From Desulfomonilia bacterium (GTDB lineage Bacteria; Desulfobacterota; Desulfomonilia; UBA1062): a stretch of 64,000 bases of DNA. Both the position numbers and the translations under genes were made by a program. The notes beneath the pieces were generated by a model. The model had not been told where the DNA came from. It made no database searches and saw only the letters and a list, made by a program, of their open reading frames with translations. Where the stretch lies: positions 150,793-214,792 of the forward strand of contig JBEKDT010000007.1 in NCBI GenBank assembly GCA_050014195.1, read 5' to 3'. Positions 1 through 9,907 of the stretch are shown here, in pieces; positions within the stretch are counted from its first letter, which is position 1, and every line of letters begins with the position of its first letter.

Positions 1-146
1 TACAGGAGGAGGGGTTCCCCTTTTCTGCTGGGACATGTCTGTATTCTGTCCATTGCAGGAAAAGAGGAGAACCCCAAGGGTGCAGATCGAAATTATTGCA
101 ACCCTCTTCACCCTCCATTCACTCCTTTATTGTTACCTTGCTTATC

Positions 147-527
147 TTACTCTGCAGGCTTCGCTGGTGGCGTCTCTTCTGCTTTCTTTTCCTTCATAAC
201 TGCCTTCTTCATTGCCTTCTTTGCCTTAATAACCTCGATCTTGTCTGCGTTCAGGGTGCCGGCTGCCGCTGTAATCTTTACCATCTGACCCTTCTTCAGG
301 TTAGCAATATCTTCCGCCTTCACGGTGAAGGTCTTGCCCTTTACATCGATCGTGTTAGCTGTTTTGTCGATCTTGGTAATCTTGCCCTTGATTACATCGG
401 GCTTTGCCATCTCTGTCTTTGCAGGCTCTGCCTTTGCTGCTGCGGGTGCTGCTGCGTCGGCTGCGAAGACCATCGTGGTGAAGCACACCAGTGCCAGTAC
501 TGCGATTAAGCTGATAACTTTCTTCAT
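147..527 (-). CDS. Small exported Ala/Lys-rich protein with a probable OB-fold-like core
   Basis: Signal peptide (MKKVISLIAVLALVCFTTMVFA), AGGAGG RBS, beta-rich core VIKGKITKIDKTANTIDVKG. Confidence 0.6.
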   Translation of the reverse strand: MKKVISLIAVLALVCFTTMVFAADAAAPAAAKAEPAKTEMAKPDVIKGKITKIDKTANTIDVKGKTFTVKAEDIANLKKGQMVKITAAAGTLNADKIEVIKAKKAMKKAVMKEKKAEETPPAKPAE

Positions 528-938
528 GGTTCATTCCTCCTGTGGTTTTTTATTGATGGTACATTCTATACGCAAAGAATGATTAAATGATGATTAGAAG
601 AAGATTAAAAGATTCTAATATTGCATGGAAGAACAGGGAAAGGCACTGTCCTTATCAAGTAATTATCCTTCTTTAAAAAGAACTCCTGAGATTATCCTAA
701 CCATTTTGTCTTATACTATAGATCTGCGATAGATTAGCGTTCTCAATCACTTACTATCAAGCGTAGATTTCTTCGATAGATAAACGAGTTACAAGATCTT
801 CAAGACTGGAAATCTCTTGATGAAATATTCACATCAAGATTTTAGAGTAATCTTCAATCCTTGTTTTTTGGAAAATCGATATGAATCATTTCAATCTTTG
901 CATCGTCTAAGTTGTAATCTCCTCAAAGAGGATTAATC

Positions 939-2009
939 ATGAAAAGAATCTTGCTGATACTGTTGCTTTTTGTTCTACCGATTTATTCCGGCTTTACTGC
1001 TGACACAAAATATGAGGTAGCTACCTTTGCAGGCGGCTGCTTCTGGTGCATGGACGCTGCTTTCGAAGATATCCCGGGCGTCATTGAAGTGATAACCGGA
1101 TACACGGGTGGGCATACTAAGAACCCAACCTATGAAGAAGTTTCAGCCGGCGGAACAGGCCATGCCGAGGCAATCCAGGTTACATACGATCCAGCTAAGG
1201 TTACCTATTCAAAGCTCCTTGATGTCTTCTGGAAGCAAGTCGACCCTACAGACCGCAGTGGTCAGATGGCTGACAGGGGATCACAATATAGAACGGTAAT
1301 CTTCTATCATACGGAGGAACAAAAGCGGCTTGCCGAGCAGTCAAAGCAAGTCCTTAAAGAATCAGGTAGGTTTAATAAACCTATTGTCACAGAAATTACA
1401 AAGGCAACAGATTTCTACCCTGCAGAAGAGTACCACCAGCATTATTTCAAAAAGAATCCACTTGGCTATAACTCGGGACGCGATAACTATCTGAAGAAGG
1501 TATGGGCAGACAACAACAGTGTTTCACTCCCACGATATACAGATAAGGACTACAGAAAACCATCAAAAGTTGAACTGAAAAAGAAGCTCACACCCCTGCA
1601 ATTCAGGGTGACCCAGAACAAGAGCACGGAACAACCATTCGATAACGAGTACTGGAATAATGAGCATGAGGGGATCTATGTTGATATTGTGTCCGGTGAG
1701 CCTCTATTCAGCTCTAAGGACAAATACGACTCTGGTACTGGATGGCCTAGCTTCACAAAACCGCTTGAACCTGGAAACATTGTAGAGAGGCAGGATGGAA
1801 GCTTGTACATGCTGAGGATCGATGTGAAGGAGGTTAGGAGTAAACTTGCTGACTCACACCTTGGCCATGTCTTTACGGATGGTCCTGCACCAACAGGACT
1901 GCGTTACTGCATGAATTCGGCTGCTCTGCTGTTTATTCCAAAAGAAGACCTGACAAAAGAAGGTTATGGGCGGTATCTTAATCTTTTCAAAAAAGATAAT
2001 GAGTTCTAA
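939..2009 (+). CDS. msrAB: Exported bifunctional peptide methionine sulfoxide reductase MsrA/MsrB (copy 1)
   Basis: Signal peptide; MsrA motifs GGCFW and AEEYHQ; MsrB motifs GTGWPSF, HLGHVF, RYCMNS. Confidence 0.95.
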   Translation: MKRILLILLLFVLPIYSGFTADTKYEVATFAGGCFWCMDAAFEDIPGVIEVITGYTGGHTKNPTYEEVSAGGTGHAEAIQVTYDPAKVTYSKLLDVFWKQVDPTDRSGQMADRGSQYRTVIFYHTEEQKRLAEQSKQVLKESGRFNKPIVTEITKATDFYPAEEYHQHYFKKNPLGYNSGRDNYLKKVWADNNSVSLPRYTDKDYRKPSKVELKKKLTPLQFRVTQNKSTEQPFDNEYWNNEHEGIYVDIVSGEPLFSSKDKYDSGTGWPSFTKPLEPGNIVERQDGSLYMLRIDVKEVRSKLADSHLGHVFTDGPAPTGLRYCMNSAALLFIPKEDLTKEGYGRYLNLFKKDNEF

Positions 2010-2168
2010 AGAACTCAACTCCTCATCCTATTCAAGTTAGAGTCGTTTCCTTGATGGTATCGTTGAAGCCTGCAATATTTATAGACATCTCTAATCTCTC
2101 TGGTTTTTTCAAATAAGAACATTATTTCTTAGGGGGAGATCAAAACCGAAACGAAAGGAGCATGATCC

Positions 2169-2477
2169 ATGAATAATGGCTTTCTTATGAGGAAGTTTGC
2201 CATTGCAGGGTGCCTGCTTTTACTCTTGTGCGGGGTGCATTGGACTGCGCAGGCTTCTGATGAAGAGAAAAAAGTGGTATTTGTCGTGGCTTGATATGAC
2301 GTAGGCAAAGAGGCCTTGGAGAGGCTTCCAGGTGTAAAAAGGGTCGAAAAAGGATTCCATTTTTTTCAAGAAATAAACACTGTTTTTTATGACCCGTCAA
2401 AGATAACCGTCGACGAAATGGAAAGGGCGTTGAAGAAGGCAGGAACATATAAGAAGACATTGGGAGCGAAACCGTGA
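2169..2477 (+). CDS. Putative exported selenoprotein (102 aa, UGA at codon 42), mini MsrA-N/HMA-like fold; not in the ORF track
   Basis: AAGGAG RBS; signal peptide; in-frame TGA at 2292-2294 in VVFVVA-U-YDVGKEALERLPGVKRVEKG...TVFYDPSKITVDEMERAL; hairpin GAGGCCT-TGGAG-AGGCTTC at 2310-2328. Confidence 0.7.
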
Positions 2478-2645
2478 GCATCCTTCCTGTCAAACCGGGA
2501 ATGAGGTGAAGGAATGTCCGGGTCGTATCATCTCAGTTTGATGCTCTCTGAAAACTAAAGATAGTTAAGGTATGGGTTTCTTTTTACTCAAGACAAACAC
2601 TACATAAATAACTATAAGTTTCCAATTATTCAGGAGGAATAAAAG

Positions 2646-3719
2646 ATGATCAGAAATATCATGAAAGGATTTATAGCCATATTGCTTGTATTGCCACTAT
2701 CTACCGGGAACGCAGCTAATACAAAATATGAACTGGCTACCTTTGCCGGGGGATGCTTCTGGTGCATGGTGCATCCCTTTGATAAGCTCCCTGGGGTGAA
2801 GGAGGTTCTCTCAGGATACACCGGGGGACATACCGTCAACCCCACCTATGAGGAGAACTCATCCGGGACAACAGGCCATGCCGAGTCCATCCAGATAACC
2901 TATGACCCAGCGAAGATATCATATGCGGACCTGCTAGAGGTATTCTGGCGGCAGATTGACCCGACCGATGCAGGGGGGCAGTTTGTGGACAGGGGAAACC
3001 AGTATAGGAGCGCCATCTTCTATCACAACGATGAGCAGAAGAGACTCGCAGAGGAGTCCAGGGACCGTCTCGCAAAGTCAGGCAGATTTACAAAACCCAT
3101 CGTCACCGAGATTGTGAAGGCTGGCCCGTTCTATAAGGCAGAAGAATACCACCAATATTACTACAAGAAAAACCCGGTCCGGTATAAATATTATAGGTAC
3201 AGATCAGGCCGAGACCAATTCCTTGACAAGGTCTGGGGGAAAGACAGGGAAGATACACCAGCAAAGGTTAAAACAGGTTCATACACCAAGCCGAGTGCAG
3301 AGGTCCTGAAAAAGAAGCTCACACCAATGCAGTTCAAGGTAACCCAGAAGGGTGGAACAGAACCGGCTTTTGATAATGCATATTGGAACAACAAGCATGA
3401 AGGGATTTACGTGGATATCGTCTCCGGAGAACCACTATTCAGCTCCAAGGATAAGTATGACTCCGGCACCGGCTGGCCAAGCTTTACCCGGCCTCTGGAG
3501 CCGGGCAATATCGTGGAGAAGCAGGATAATACCCTGTTCACTACAAGGACAGAGGTCAGGAGCAGGCATGCAGATTCTCATGTTGGGCATGTATTCAATG
3601 ACGGCCCACCCCCTACGGGACTGCGCTATTGCATGAACTCGGCTGCCTTGCGCTTTATCCCCAAGGAAGACCTGCAAAAGGAAGGATACGGACAGTATCT
3701 TAAACTATTTGATAAATAA
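2646..3719 (+). CDS. msrAB: Exported bifunctional MsrA/MsrB (copy 2)
   Basis: Signal peptide, GGCFWC, AEEYHQ, GTGWPSF, RYCMNS; paralog of 939-2009. Confidence 0.95.
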   Translation: MIRNIMKGFIAILLVLPLSTGNAANTKYELATFAGGCFWCMVHPFDKLPGVKEVLSGYTGGHTVNPTYEENSSGTTGHAESIQITYDPAKISYADLLEVFWRQIDPTDAGGQFVDRGNQYRSAIFYHNDEQKRLAEESRDRLAKSGRFTKPIVTEIVKAGPFYKAEEYHQYYYKKNPVRYKYYRYRSGRDQFLDKVWGKDREDTPAKVKTGSYTKPSAEVLKKKLTPMQFKVTQKGGTEPAFDNAYWNNKHEGIYVDIVSGEPLFSSKDKYDSGTGWPSFTRPLEPGNIVEKQDNTLFTTRTEVRSRHADSHVGHVFNDGPPPTGLRYCMNSAALRFIPKEDLQKEGYGQYLKLFDK

Positions 3720-3785
3720 AATGAATCTTCCTGATAAGATGGATGATTCCTTTTATCATAGGTTGATTCCCTGAGACTCAAATGC

Positions 3786-4487
3786 TCAAGTTAAAGGTCC
3801 CGACTGCCCCTTTATTTGAAGGGATGCCTTGATCTTCTTGTAGACTGTCGGGATCAATGCAAAAAGCCCAAGGAGTGCAAAGGAGATGAGCACACGGGGA
3901 CTCGCAACATCACGCATGGTATTGATGGATGCAATGCTCGAACCTGCATTCGCATAGACGAAGCTTCCGGGAAGAATCCCCACCATGGTACCTATGATGT
4001 AGGTCCTCAGCTGCAGGCCCGTGATCCCACAGGCAAGGTTGACGAGGAAAAATGGAAAGAGTGGGACTAGTCGCAAAAAGAGGAGGTACGACATCCCGCT
4101 TTCGCTGAGTCCCCTATCCAGGGCCTCCATTTGTTTGCCGAACTTTTTCACCACCCAGTCCCGCAGCAGGTTACGGGCCAGGAGAAAGGCCAGGACAGCC
4201 CCCATCGTGGCCCCGATATTCACCCATATCGTTCCCATTAGCGCCCCAAATACGGCTCCGCCAGCCAGGGTAAGGATGGCCGCCCCAGGCAGGGAAAGGG
4301 CGGTCTGCACAGTATAGATGACGATGTAGCTCACGATGAAGATGAGCATGTGGTTTGAATAGTAATTCAGGAGATAGTCTCTGTTTGTCTTGAGGCTTTC
4401 AAGTGTGAGGTATCTTCCGAGATCCAAATAGTAAAATATGCCGATCGCGAGGGCAATGATAATGAGTAATGCTATCTTCTTTTTCAT
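3786..4487 (-). CDS. TVP38/TMEM64 (DedA/VTT) family membrane protein
   Basis: Hydrophobic; motifs LSLPGAAILTLAGGAVFG and LRLVPLFPFFLVN. Confidence 0.9.
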   Translation of the reverse strand: MKKKIALLIIIALAIGIFYYLDLGRYLTLESLKTNRDYLLNYYSNHMLIFIVSYIVIYTVQTALSLPGAAILTLAGGAVFGALMGTIWVNIGATMGAVLAFLLARNLLRDWVVKKFGKQMEALDRGLSESGMSYLLFLRLVPLFPFFLVNLACGITGLQLRTYIIGTMVGILPGSFVYANAGSSIASINTMRDVASPRVLISFALLGLFALIPTVYKKIKASLQIKGQSGPLT

Positions 4488-4639
4488 TGGTTCTCCGCTA
4501 TCGCTTCTTCTCCATTGAGAGATACAGAATAATCATGATCATCATCCGGGAGCTTGAAAATATCTCCATTTACCATCTGCAGATTTAATAAAGGGAATTG
4601 ATCACCAGTATCCAATGCATTTGAACTCACCCTGGCCAT
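4484..4639 (-). pseudogene. Truncated peroxiredoxin/redoxin-like N-terminal remnant (51 aa)
   Basis: GGAGG RBS then MARVSSNALDTGDQFPLLNLQMVNGDIFKLP, resembling an AhpC/TSA-family N-terminus; no active-site segment; stop overlaps the TVP38 ATG. Confidence 0.5.
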
Positions 4640-4846
4640 GTTTTTCCTCCAAGATTGGATTATCTTCTGTATAATGATAAGCTTCTAATGTCAGGAATCA
4701 AAAAGGTTGATATTTTTATCATGCCCTGAGTCCTTGTTTAATTCTTATATCTCCCTATCATAATCTACCAATTTGCTGAGAAAAAATCCTAAGCAAAAAA
4801 CAAACTTCATGAACACGGTATCATCTTGAGTGAGGGAGGACAGAAG

Positions 4847-6334
4847 ATGCCAACCTTTGATTATGATCTCGGAATCATCGGCGGAGGAGCTGCAGGGCTG
4901 ACAGCCGCGGCAGGCAGCGCACAGTTCGGTGCAAAGACCATCCTTATAGAGAAAACAGACAAGCTAGGGGGAGATTGCCTCCATGTGGGCTGCGTTCCGT
5001 CAAAGACACTCATCCGCACTGCACGGGTATGGGCACAGGCAAAAAGATCCAAAGAATTCGGTCTGCCGGAACTGTTGCTTCCCCCTGTCGATCTCGGTGC
5101 AGTCATGGACCGAGTACATGCGGTCATAGAGAAGATCCAGCACCACGATTCTGCTGAACGGTTCTGCTCTCTCGGGGCGCGCGTCCGCTTCGGGAGCCCT
5201 GCCTTTGTGGATAACCATGTAGTAAACCTTGACGGTGAACGCATCTCGGCAAAGAGCTGGATCATCGCCACCGGGTCGAGCCCTGCCCTGCCTCCGGTAG
5301 AGGGATTGAGTAGTGTGGCGTTCTGGACCAACGAGACCGTATTCTCTCAGAGGAAGCTCCCCAGGTGCCTCATCGTGCTGGGTGGCGGACCTATCGGCCT
5401 GGAGCTGGCCCAGTCATTTGCACGTCTGGGAGCAAAAGTTATCGTTGTAGAATTCATGGGCCAGATCCTGGGCCCTGAAGACGCTGACCTCGCTGACATC
5501 CTGAAAGAGCGACTTGTTGCCGAGGGTGTGGAAATCCATACCGATACCAAGGCTATCAGAGCAGAATCAAGTGGCGAAATGATTGCACTGACTATTGGGC
5601 CTTCAAAGGGGGAGGGACCAACCCAAGTCATCGAAGGGGATGCCATTCTTGTTGCAGCTGGACGCAAGCCGAATATTGAAGGTCTTAATCTCGATGCCGC
5701 CGGAGTAAAATATACTCCGAGGGGCATCCCTACAAACGACCGGATGAAGACCAATATCTCCCATATCTATGCCTGCGGTGACATCAACGGAGTCATGCCG
5801 TTCACCCACGTTGCTGGCTATGAAGGCGGGATCGCGCTCACCAACGCCGTGCTCCGCCTGCCTAGGAAGGCGGACTATTCAAAGATCGGGTGGTGCACCT
5901 ACACAGACCCTGAGGTCGCGAGCATCGGGCTCAATGAAAAACGCGCCCAGAAAGAAGGCACCGGGTACCGCGTCATCGAAGAGCACTTTGTAGATAACGA
6001 CCGGGCACTTGCAGAGGGAGAGACGTTGGGCAAGATTAAGATGCTCGTGAGCCCGAAAGGCTCTCTGCTTGGCTGTCAAATCATCGGGGCGCATGCGGGA
6101 GAGCTCATCCATGAGTGGATAGTGTCCATGGCTGCTGGTATTAAACTTTCAACCATGGCGGGCACAGTGCATATCTACCCTACCATGTCTGAAATCTCCA
6201 AGCGCGTAGCAGGCGACCTATTCGCATCGAAGATCTTTTCGGAAAAGACCAAGACTGTGCTCCGCCTGCTTTTCAACCTCAAAGGCAGGGCGTGCAGCCT
6301 GACTGAAGCAGTTGCTGATAACCTTCACTCGTGA
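4847..6334 (+). CDS. Pyridine nucleotide-disulfide oxidoreductase (Lpd/mercuric-reductase-like flavoprotein)
   Basis: GGGAAG FAD motif, GGDCLHVGCVPSK redox disulfide, GGGPIG NAD(P) motif, HIYPT. Confidence 0.9.
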   Translation: MPTFDYDLGIIGGGAAGLTAAAGSAQFGAKTILIEKTDKLGGDCLHVGCVPSKTLIRTARVWAQAKRSKEFGLPELLLPPVDLGAVMDRVHAVIEKIQHHDSAERFCSLGARVRFGSPAFVDNHVVNLDGERISAKSWIIATGSSPALPPVEGLSSVAFWTNETVFSQRKLPRCLIVLGGGPIGLELAQSFARLGAKVIVVEFMGQILGPEDADLADILKERLVAEGVEIHTDTKAIRAESSGEMIALTIGPSKGEGPTQVIEGDAILVAAGRKPNIEGLNLDAAGVKYTPRGIPTNDRMKTNISHIYACGDINGVMPFTHVAGYEGGIALTNAVLRLPRKADYSKIGWCTYTDPEVASIGLNEKRAQKEGTGYRVIEEHFVDNDRALAEGETLGKIKMLVSPKGSLLGCQIIGAHAGELIHEWIVSMAAGIKLSTMAGTVHIYPTMSEISKRVAGDLFASKIFSEKTKTVLRLLFNLKGRACSLTEAVADNLHS

Positions 6335-6435
6335 TTAATATTAATACGCCATGGAATAGTGTCCTTGACACTTGTTTTTTTGATGATCTTAAAGCGGGGA
6401 ATATAGTACATGATATAAGAAGAAGGAAATGTAGC

Positions 6436-7428
6436 ATGACGTCTTCTGAGCAGATCAGGCTGCTCAATGACAATCCATTGAACATATCGTTTCATAAGAG
6501 GATCATCTCGCCTCTCTGCGCTGATGCCATCGACATACTCCAGATAAATGTGGGTAAAAGATGCAACCTCTCGTGCAGGCACTGCCATGTTGAGGCCGGG
6601 CCACACAGGTCAGAGGTAATGGGCATGCAGGTTTTCGAGAAGTGTCTTCAAGTGCTCCAAGATCACCCGATCGGTACCATAGATATTACCGGTGGTGCTC
6701 CGGAAATGAACCCTGAGCTTCCATGGTTTATTCAGGAAGCTGCCGGATTGAAGCGCAGGCTGATGGTTCGCTCGAACCTCGTTATCCTCCTTGAGAAGCC
6801 CTATGAGCATCTCATAGACCTTTATGCAGATAATAAGGTCGAGATTATCGCCTCCTTGCCTGATTACCACGAAGAACGGGGCAACAGACAGAGGGGGGAA
6901 GGAGTTTTCAAGCGAATCCTGGAAGTGATGCGACTGCTCAATGAGCGGGGATACGGCAAGCCTGGGAGTAGCCTGATCCTGGATCTTGTCTATAATCCTG
7001 TGGGCACCTACCTGCCCGGGGCGCAGCAGGCCCTGGAGTATGAATATAAAACCAGGATGGAAAGCGAGCACGGAGTCGTCTTCAATACCCTCTATTGCCT
7101 GGTCAACTCACCAGTGGGCAGGTATCTCGACTATCTAATCCGATCGGAGAACTTTGAAGATTACATGCATGCCCTCAATACATCCTTTAACCCATCTACT
7201 ATTCATTGTCTGATGTGCCGGAATACCCTGTCCGTAGGATGGGATGGGCACTTGTATGACTGTGACTTCAATCAGATGCTGGGTCTGACGGTTGAATGTA
7301 CTCCCTCAAACAATATCAACAATTTTGATTTTGAAAGATTGAGAAACCGGAAGATCGTCATCGGCAATCACTGCTTTTCCTGTACTGCAGGTGCAGGTTC
7401 ATCATGCCAGGGAGCTCTTGAAAAATAG
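6436..7428 (+). CDS. arsS: ArsS-like radical SAM / Cys-rich protein (arsenosugar-biosynthesis radical SAM family)
   Basis: CNLSCRHC, DITGGAPEMN, YDCDFNQML, C-terminal HCFSCTAGAGSSCQG; start chosen by RBS (ORF track starts at 6331). Confidence 0.8.
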   Translation: MTSSEQIRLLNDNPLNISFHKRIISPLCADAIDILQINVGKRCNLSCRHCHVEAGPHRSEVMGMQVFEKCLQVLQDHPIGTIDITGGAPEMNPELPWFIQEAAGLKRRLMVRSNLVILLEKPYEHLIDLYADNKVEIIASLPDYHEERGNRQRGEGVFKRILEVMRLLNERGYGKPGSSLILDLVYNPVGTYLPGAQQALEYEYKTRMESEHGVVFNTLYCLVNSPVGRYLDYLIRSENFEDYMHALNTSFNPSTIHCLMCRNTLSVGWDGHLYDCDFNQMLGLTVECTPSNNINNFDFERLRNRKIVIGNHCFSCTAGAGSSCQGALEK

Positions 7429-7517
7429 TTCACAACTGGAGATACCTTTACTTAGCATAGGTTGATCAAGCGGTAATAAACTTATATCCTCAATATTATG
7501 AAAAAGAGGTGGTAAAA

Positions 7518-7979
7518 ATGGGAGAGATCGTTCACACTTCACGCATCAAAATTTTCCGTGAAAAAGGCCCCACCCGAAGAGCACTCATTGAGGGGTTTAA
7601 TGAGCCTGTATATTACGGTGTACATGGTGGGATAAAGAAGTTTTATAAAGTCGAACCTGAAAAGGAGCACGCTGCGACTCTTGATCATATCGTAGCAGCA
7701 GTTGCTGCCTGAATGATGGGAACACTGGCCACGGTGCTGGCCGGAAAAAAGATCCCCACCCCTGAAGATAAATACTGGGCAGAAGTTGAAGGTGATATCG
7801 AGGATGTCAATGGTATACTCAAGATCACCCGGATACGGGTGAATTACCATCTCAGATTGCTTCAGGAGAAAATCGGAGAGGCAAAAGAGGCCTTTTCTCT
7901 CTATCTCCCCTTTTGTCCCGCAGCCCAAAGCGTCATAGGCTGTATCGATATCAGGGATGATTTGATCATAGAGCAATAG
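7518..7979 (+). CDS. OsmC-family peroxiredoxin-like selenoprotein (153 aa, UGA at codon 65); split in two by the ORF track
   Basis: ORFs 7509-7712 and 7713-7979 are in the same frame joined by TGA 7710-7712, at the position of the OsmC catalytic Cys (DHIVAAVAA-U-MMG); second Cys in FCPAAQS; hairpin at 7725-7744. Confidence 0.85.
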
Positions 7980-8465
7980 ACTGTATCATTGATTCGGGAC
8001 AAGTTAAATCATTGAGCTAAGAGTCCGGATGTCAGATCTTGTTCTCCAGATTGTCATTTTTTATGATCCACACAGAACACATAGATTCCGTGATAATCAA
8101 AGCCTGAGTTGAAGTTCTCGATACATAGATAATATGCCAAGGCCAATGGTTATTCCAGAGCATTTCTTTCCAAACGGAACGGTTTGCCCATAGTGAATAT
8201 TTGTAACAAATAATCACCAATTGTTCATTAGCCGTGTGGAAGAGTGATATTTATTATTTCTATCAAGGATTTCTTTGGAGCTGCTTATCAAGCTTGTTTT
8301 TTGACTTTTGCTTCTGTTTTTCGATGTTCTGTTTTCGACCCTTTTCCTTATCTTTCTTGCCGCCCTTGTCTCCCATTACGTTTCTCCTTCATTATTAATT
8401 GTAATCTTGCATACTTTTCAAAACCGTGAATTCCACTTTCAGGAAGTACATCAAACGGATGAACC

Positions 8466-8759
8466 TTATTTCTCATCACTGTCATCTAATTTTGCCCTCA
8501 ATGCAGTGGATAAGGAGAAGGTAATAGCACGCCTTGGGGATATGATCATTTCTTCGCCGGTCTTCGGATTACGACCTCTTCTCGCTCGCTTCTCCCTTAC
8601 ATGGAATTTACCAAAACCGGAGAAATTAACATCCTCACCCTTGCTCAGATTGGATTTGATAATCTGAATGAAAGTTTCGATACCTTCAGATGCAGTTACT
8701 TTATCCAGACCTGTGTTCATGAGTATATCCTCAATAATATCCTCTTTGGTCAGATTCAT
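8466..8759 (-). CDS. IHF/HU-family DNA-binding protein (IHF-alpha-like)
   Basis: FSGFGKFHVREKRARRGRNPKTGEEMII; GAGGAG RBS. Confidence 0.9.
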   Translation of the reverse strand: MNLTKEDIIEDILMNTGLDKVTASEGIETFIQIIKSNLSKGEDVNFSGFGKFHVREKRARRGRNPKTGEEMIISPRRAITFSLSTALRAKLDDSDEK

Positions 8760-8997
8760 ATGGTCTCCTCTTAAGAATAAAATTCTTACTGTGCTTATAA
8801 GGAATATACCATATGTAAGATAACATTCCATAAGTTATCTTCAAACTGACCCCCCCCTCCCTTAATGCTTTGTTGATAGGATTGAGATGGTTTGAAGTAT
8901 GATCCCGCATGCAGCATGAAGATAGGAATATTATAATCAACCTTGCAAAGTAACTTTAACAATCATAGAATCAAATATTATATCAAGAGGAGTTTCC

Positions 8998-9420
8998 ATG
9001 AGGAAAAAGAGTCTGGAGTTCGTTCTGATGGTCAATGCTGTACTGGAGATCAAGGGTGATCAGGCACAGGTTGTTGTAAAAAATATCAAAGTAAAACCAT
9101 CCATCATATCTTTGCCAGTTGAGGCAGCTCCTACCATGAAGAGGAAACGTATAAAGAAGAAGCTCAGTAAATCAATCCATGACATAATCTTAGAATCTGC
9201 GAAAAAGGTCTCCAAGAAAGCAGATGATGGAATCTTCAAATCGGTGGACCTGTTTAATGTGGCAATCAAGAAATACCCTGAGCTGAATAAGAAGAGTTTC
9301 AACACCATGGTCATATCAGCAGCCCCGGAACACACCTCATGGAAGTATACTCGCAATGGGAAGGACTACTTGGTCTATCTGGGCAAAGGGAGATATAAGC
9401 TGAGTGATAAGATTAAGTAG
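8998..9420 (+). CDS. Hypothetical basic protein
   Basis: GAGGAG RBS, 140 aa, Lys-rich. Confidence 0.6.
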   Translation: MRKKSLEFVLMVNAVLEIKGDQAQVVVKNIKVKPSIISLPVEAAPTMKRKRIKKKLSKSIHDIILESAKKVSKKADDGIFKSVDLFNVAIKKYPELNKKSFNTMVISAAPEHTSWKYTRNGKDYLVYLGKGRYKLSDKIK

Positions 9421-9492
9421 GGTATCAGCTGTCCATTATACGAAAGCAAAAGATTCGCATCATATCTTTTCAATAAATACGAGGAGGCACTC

Positions 9493-9768
9493 ATGACAAA
9501 AACAGATTTAGTTGATGTTATTGCAGGCAAAGCAAAGATATCCAAATCAGCAGCATTGGAAGCCGTAGATGCACTCACAGAGTCAATTACTGGCGCTCTC
9601 AAGAAAGGCGATAAGATCATTTTAGTAGGTTTTGGGACCTTTGATGTTGCTAAAAGGGCAGCCAGAGAAGGTGTAAATCCTCAAACCAGGCAGAAGATAA
9701 AGATCAAGGCAAGCAAGGCTCCTCGTTTCAAAGCTGGCAAGGCACTGAAGGATGTTGTGAACAAGTAG
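9493..9768 (+). CDS. hup: HU DNA-binding protein (copy 1)
   Basis: MTKTDLV...LVGFGTF...NPQT...PRFKAGKALK. Confidence 0.93.
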   Translation: MTKTDLVDVIAGKAKISKSAALEAVDALTESITGALKKGDKIILVGFGTFDVAKRAAREGVNPQTRQKIKIKASKAPRFKAGKALKDVVNK

Positions 9769-9907
9769 ATACCAGGACTAGCGGTTCTGGCTGCACAGCA
9801 GATGGGTGAAACGCACACACTTCCGCCAAGACAATTAAGACCGATAATGACTTTCGAGAGTTCACAAAAGCCCAGACTGAAGAAATTAAGATACGAAAGA
9901 AGAAATC

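Noticed and set aside
4847-6334. merA (mercuric reductase)
   Set aside because: No C-terminal Cys-Cys pair or N-terminal HMA domain, Lpd-like HIYPT motif, and no mer genes nearby.
6436-7428. ArsS-like protein as a selenoprotein
   Set aside because: The C-terminal GSSC codon is TGC and the gene ends in TAG; no in-frame UGA.
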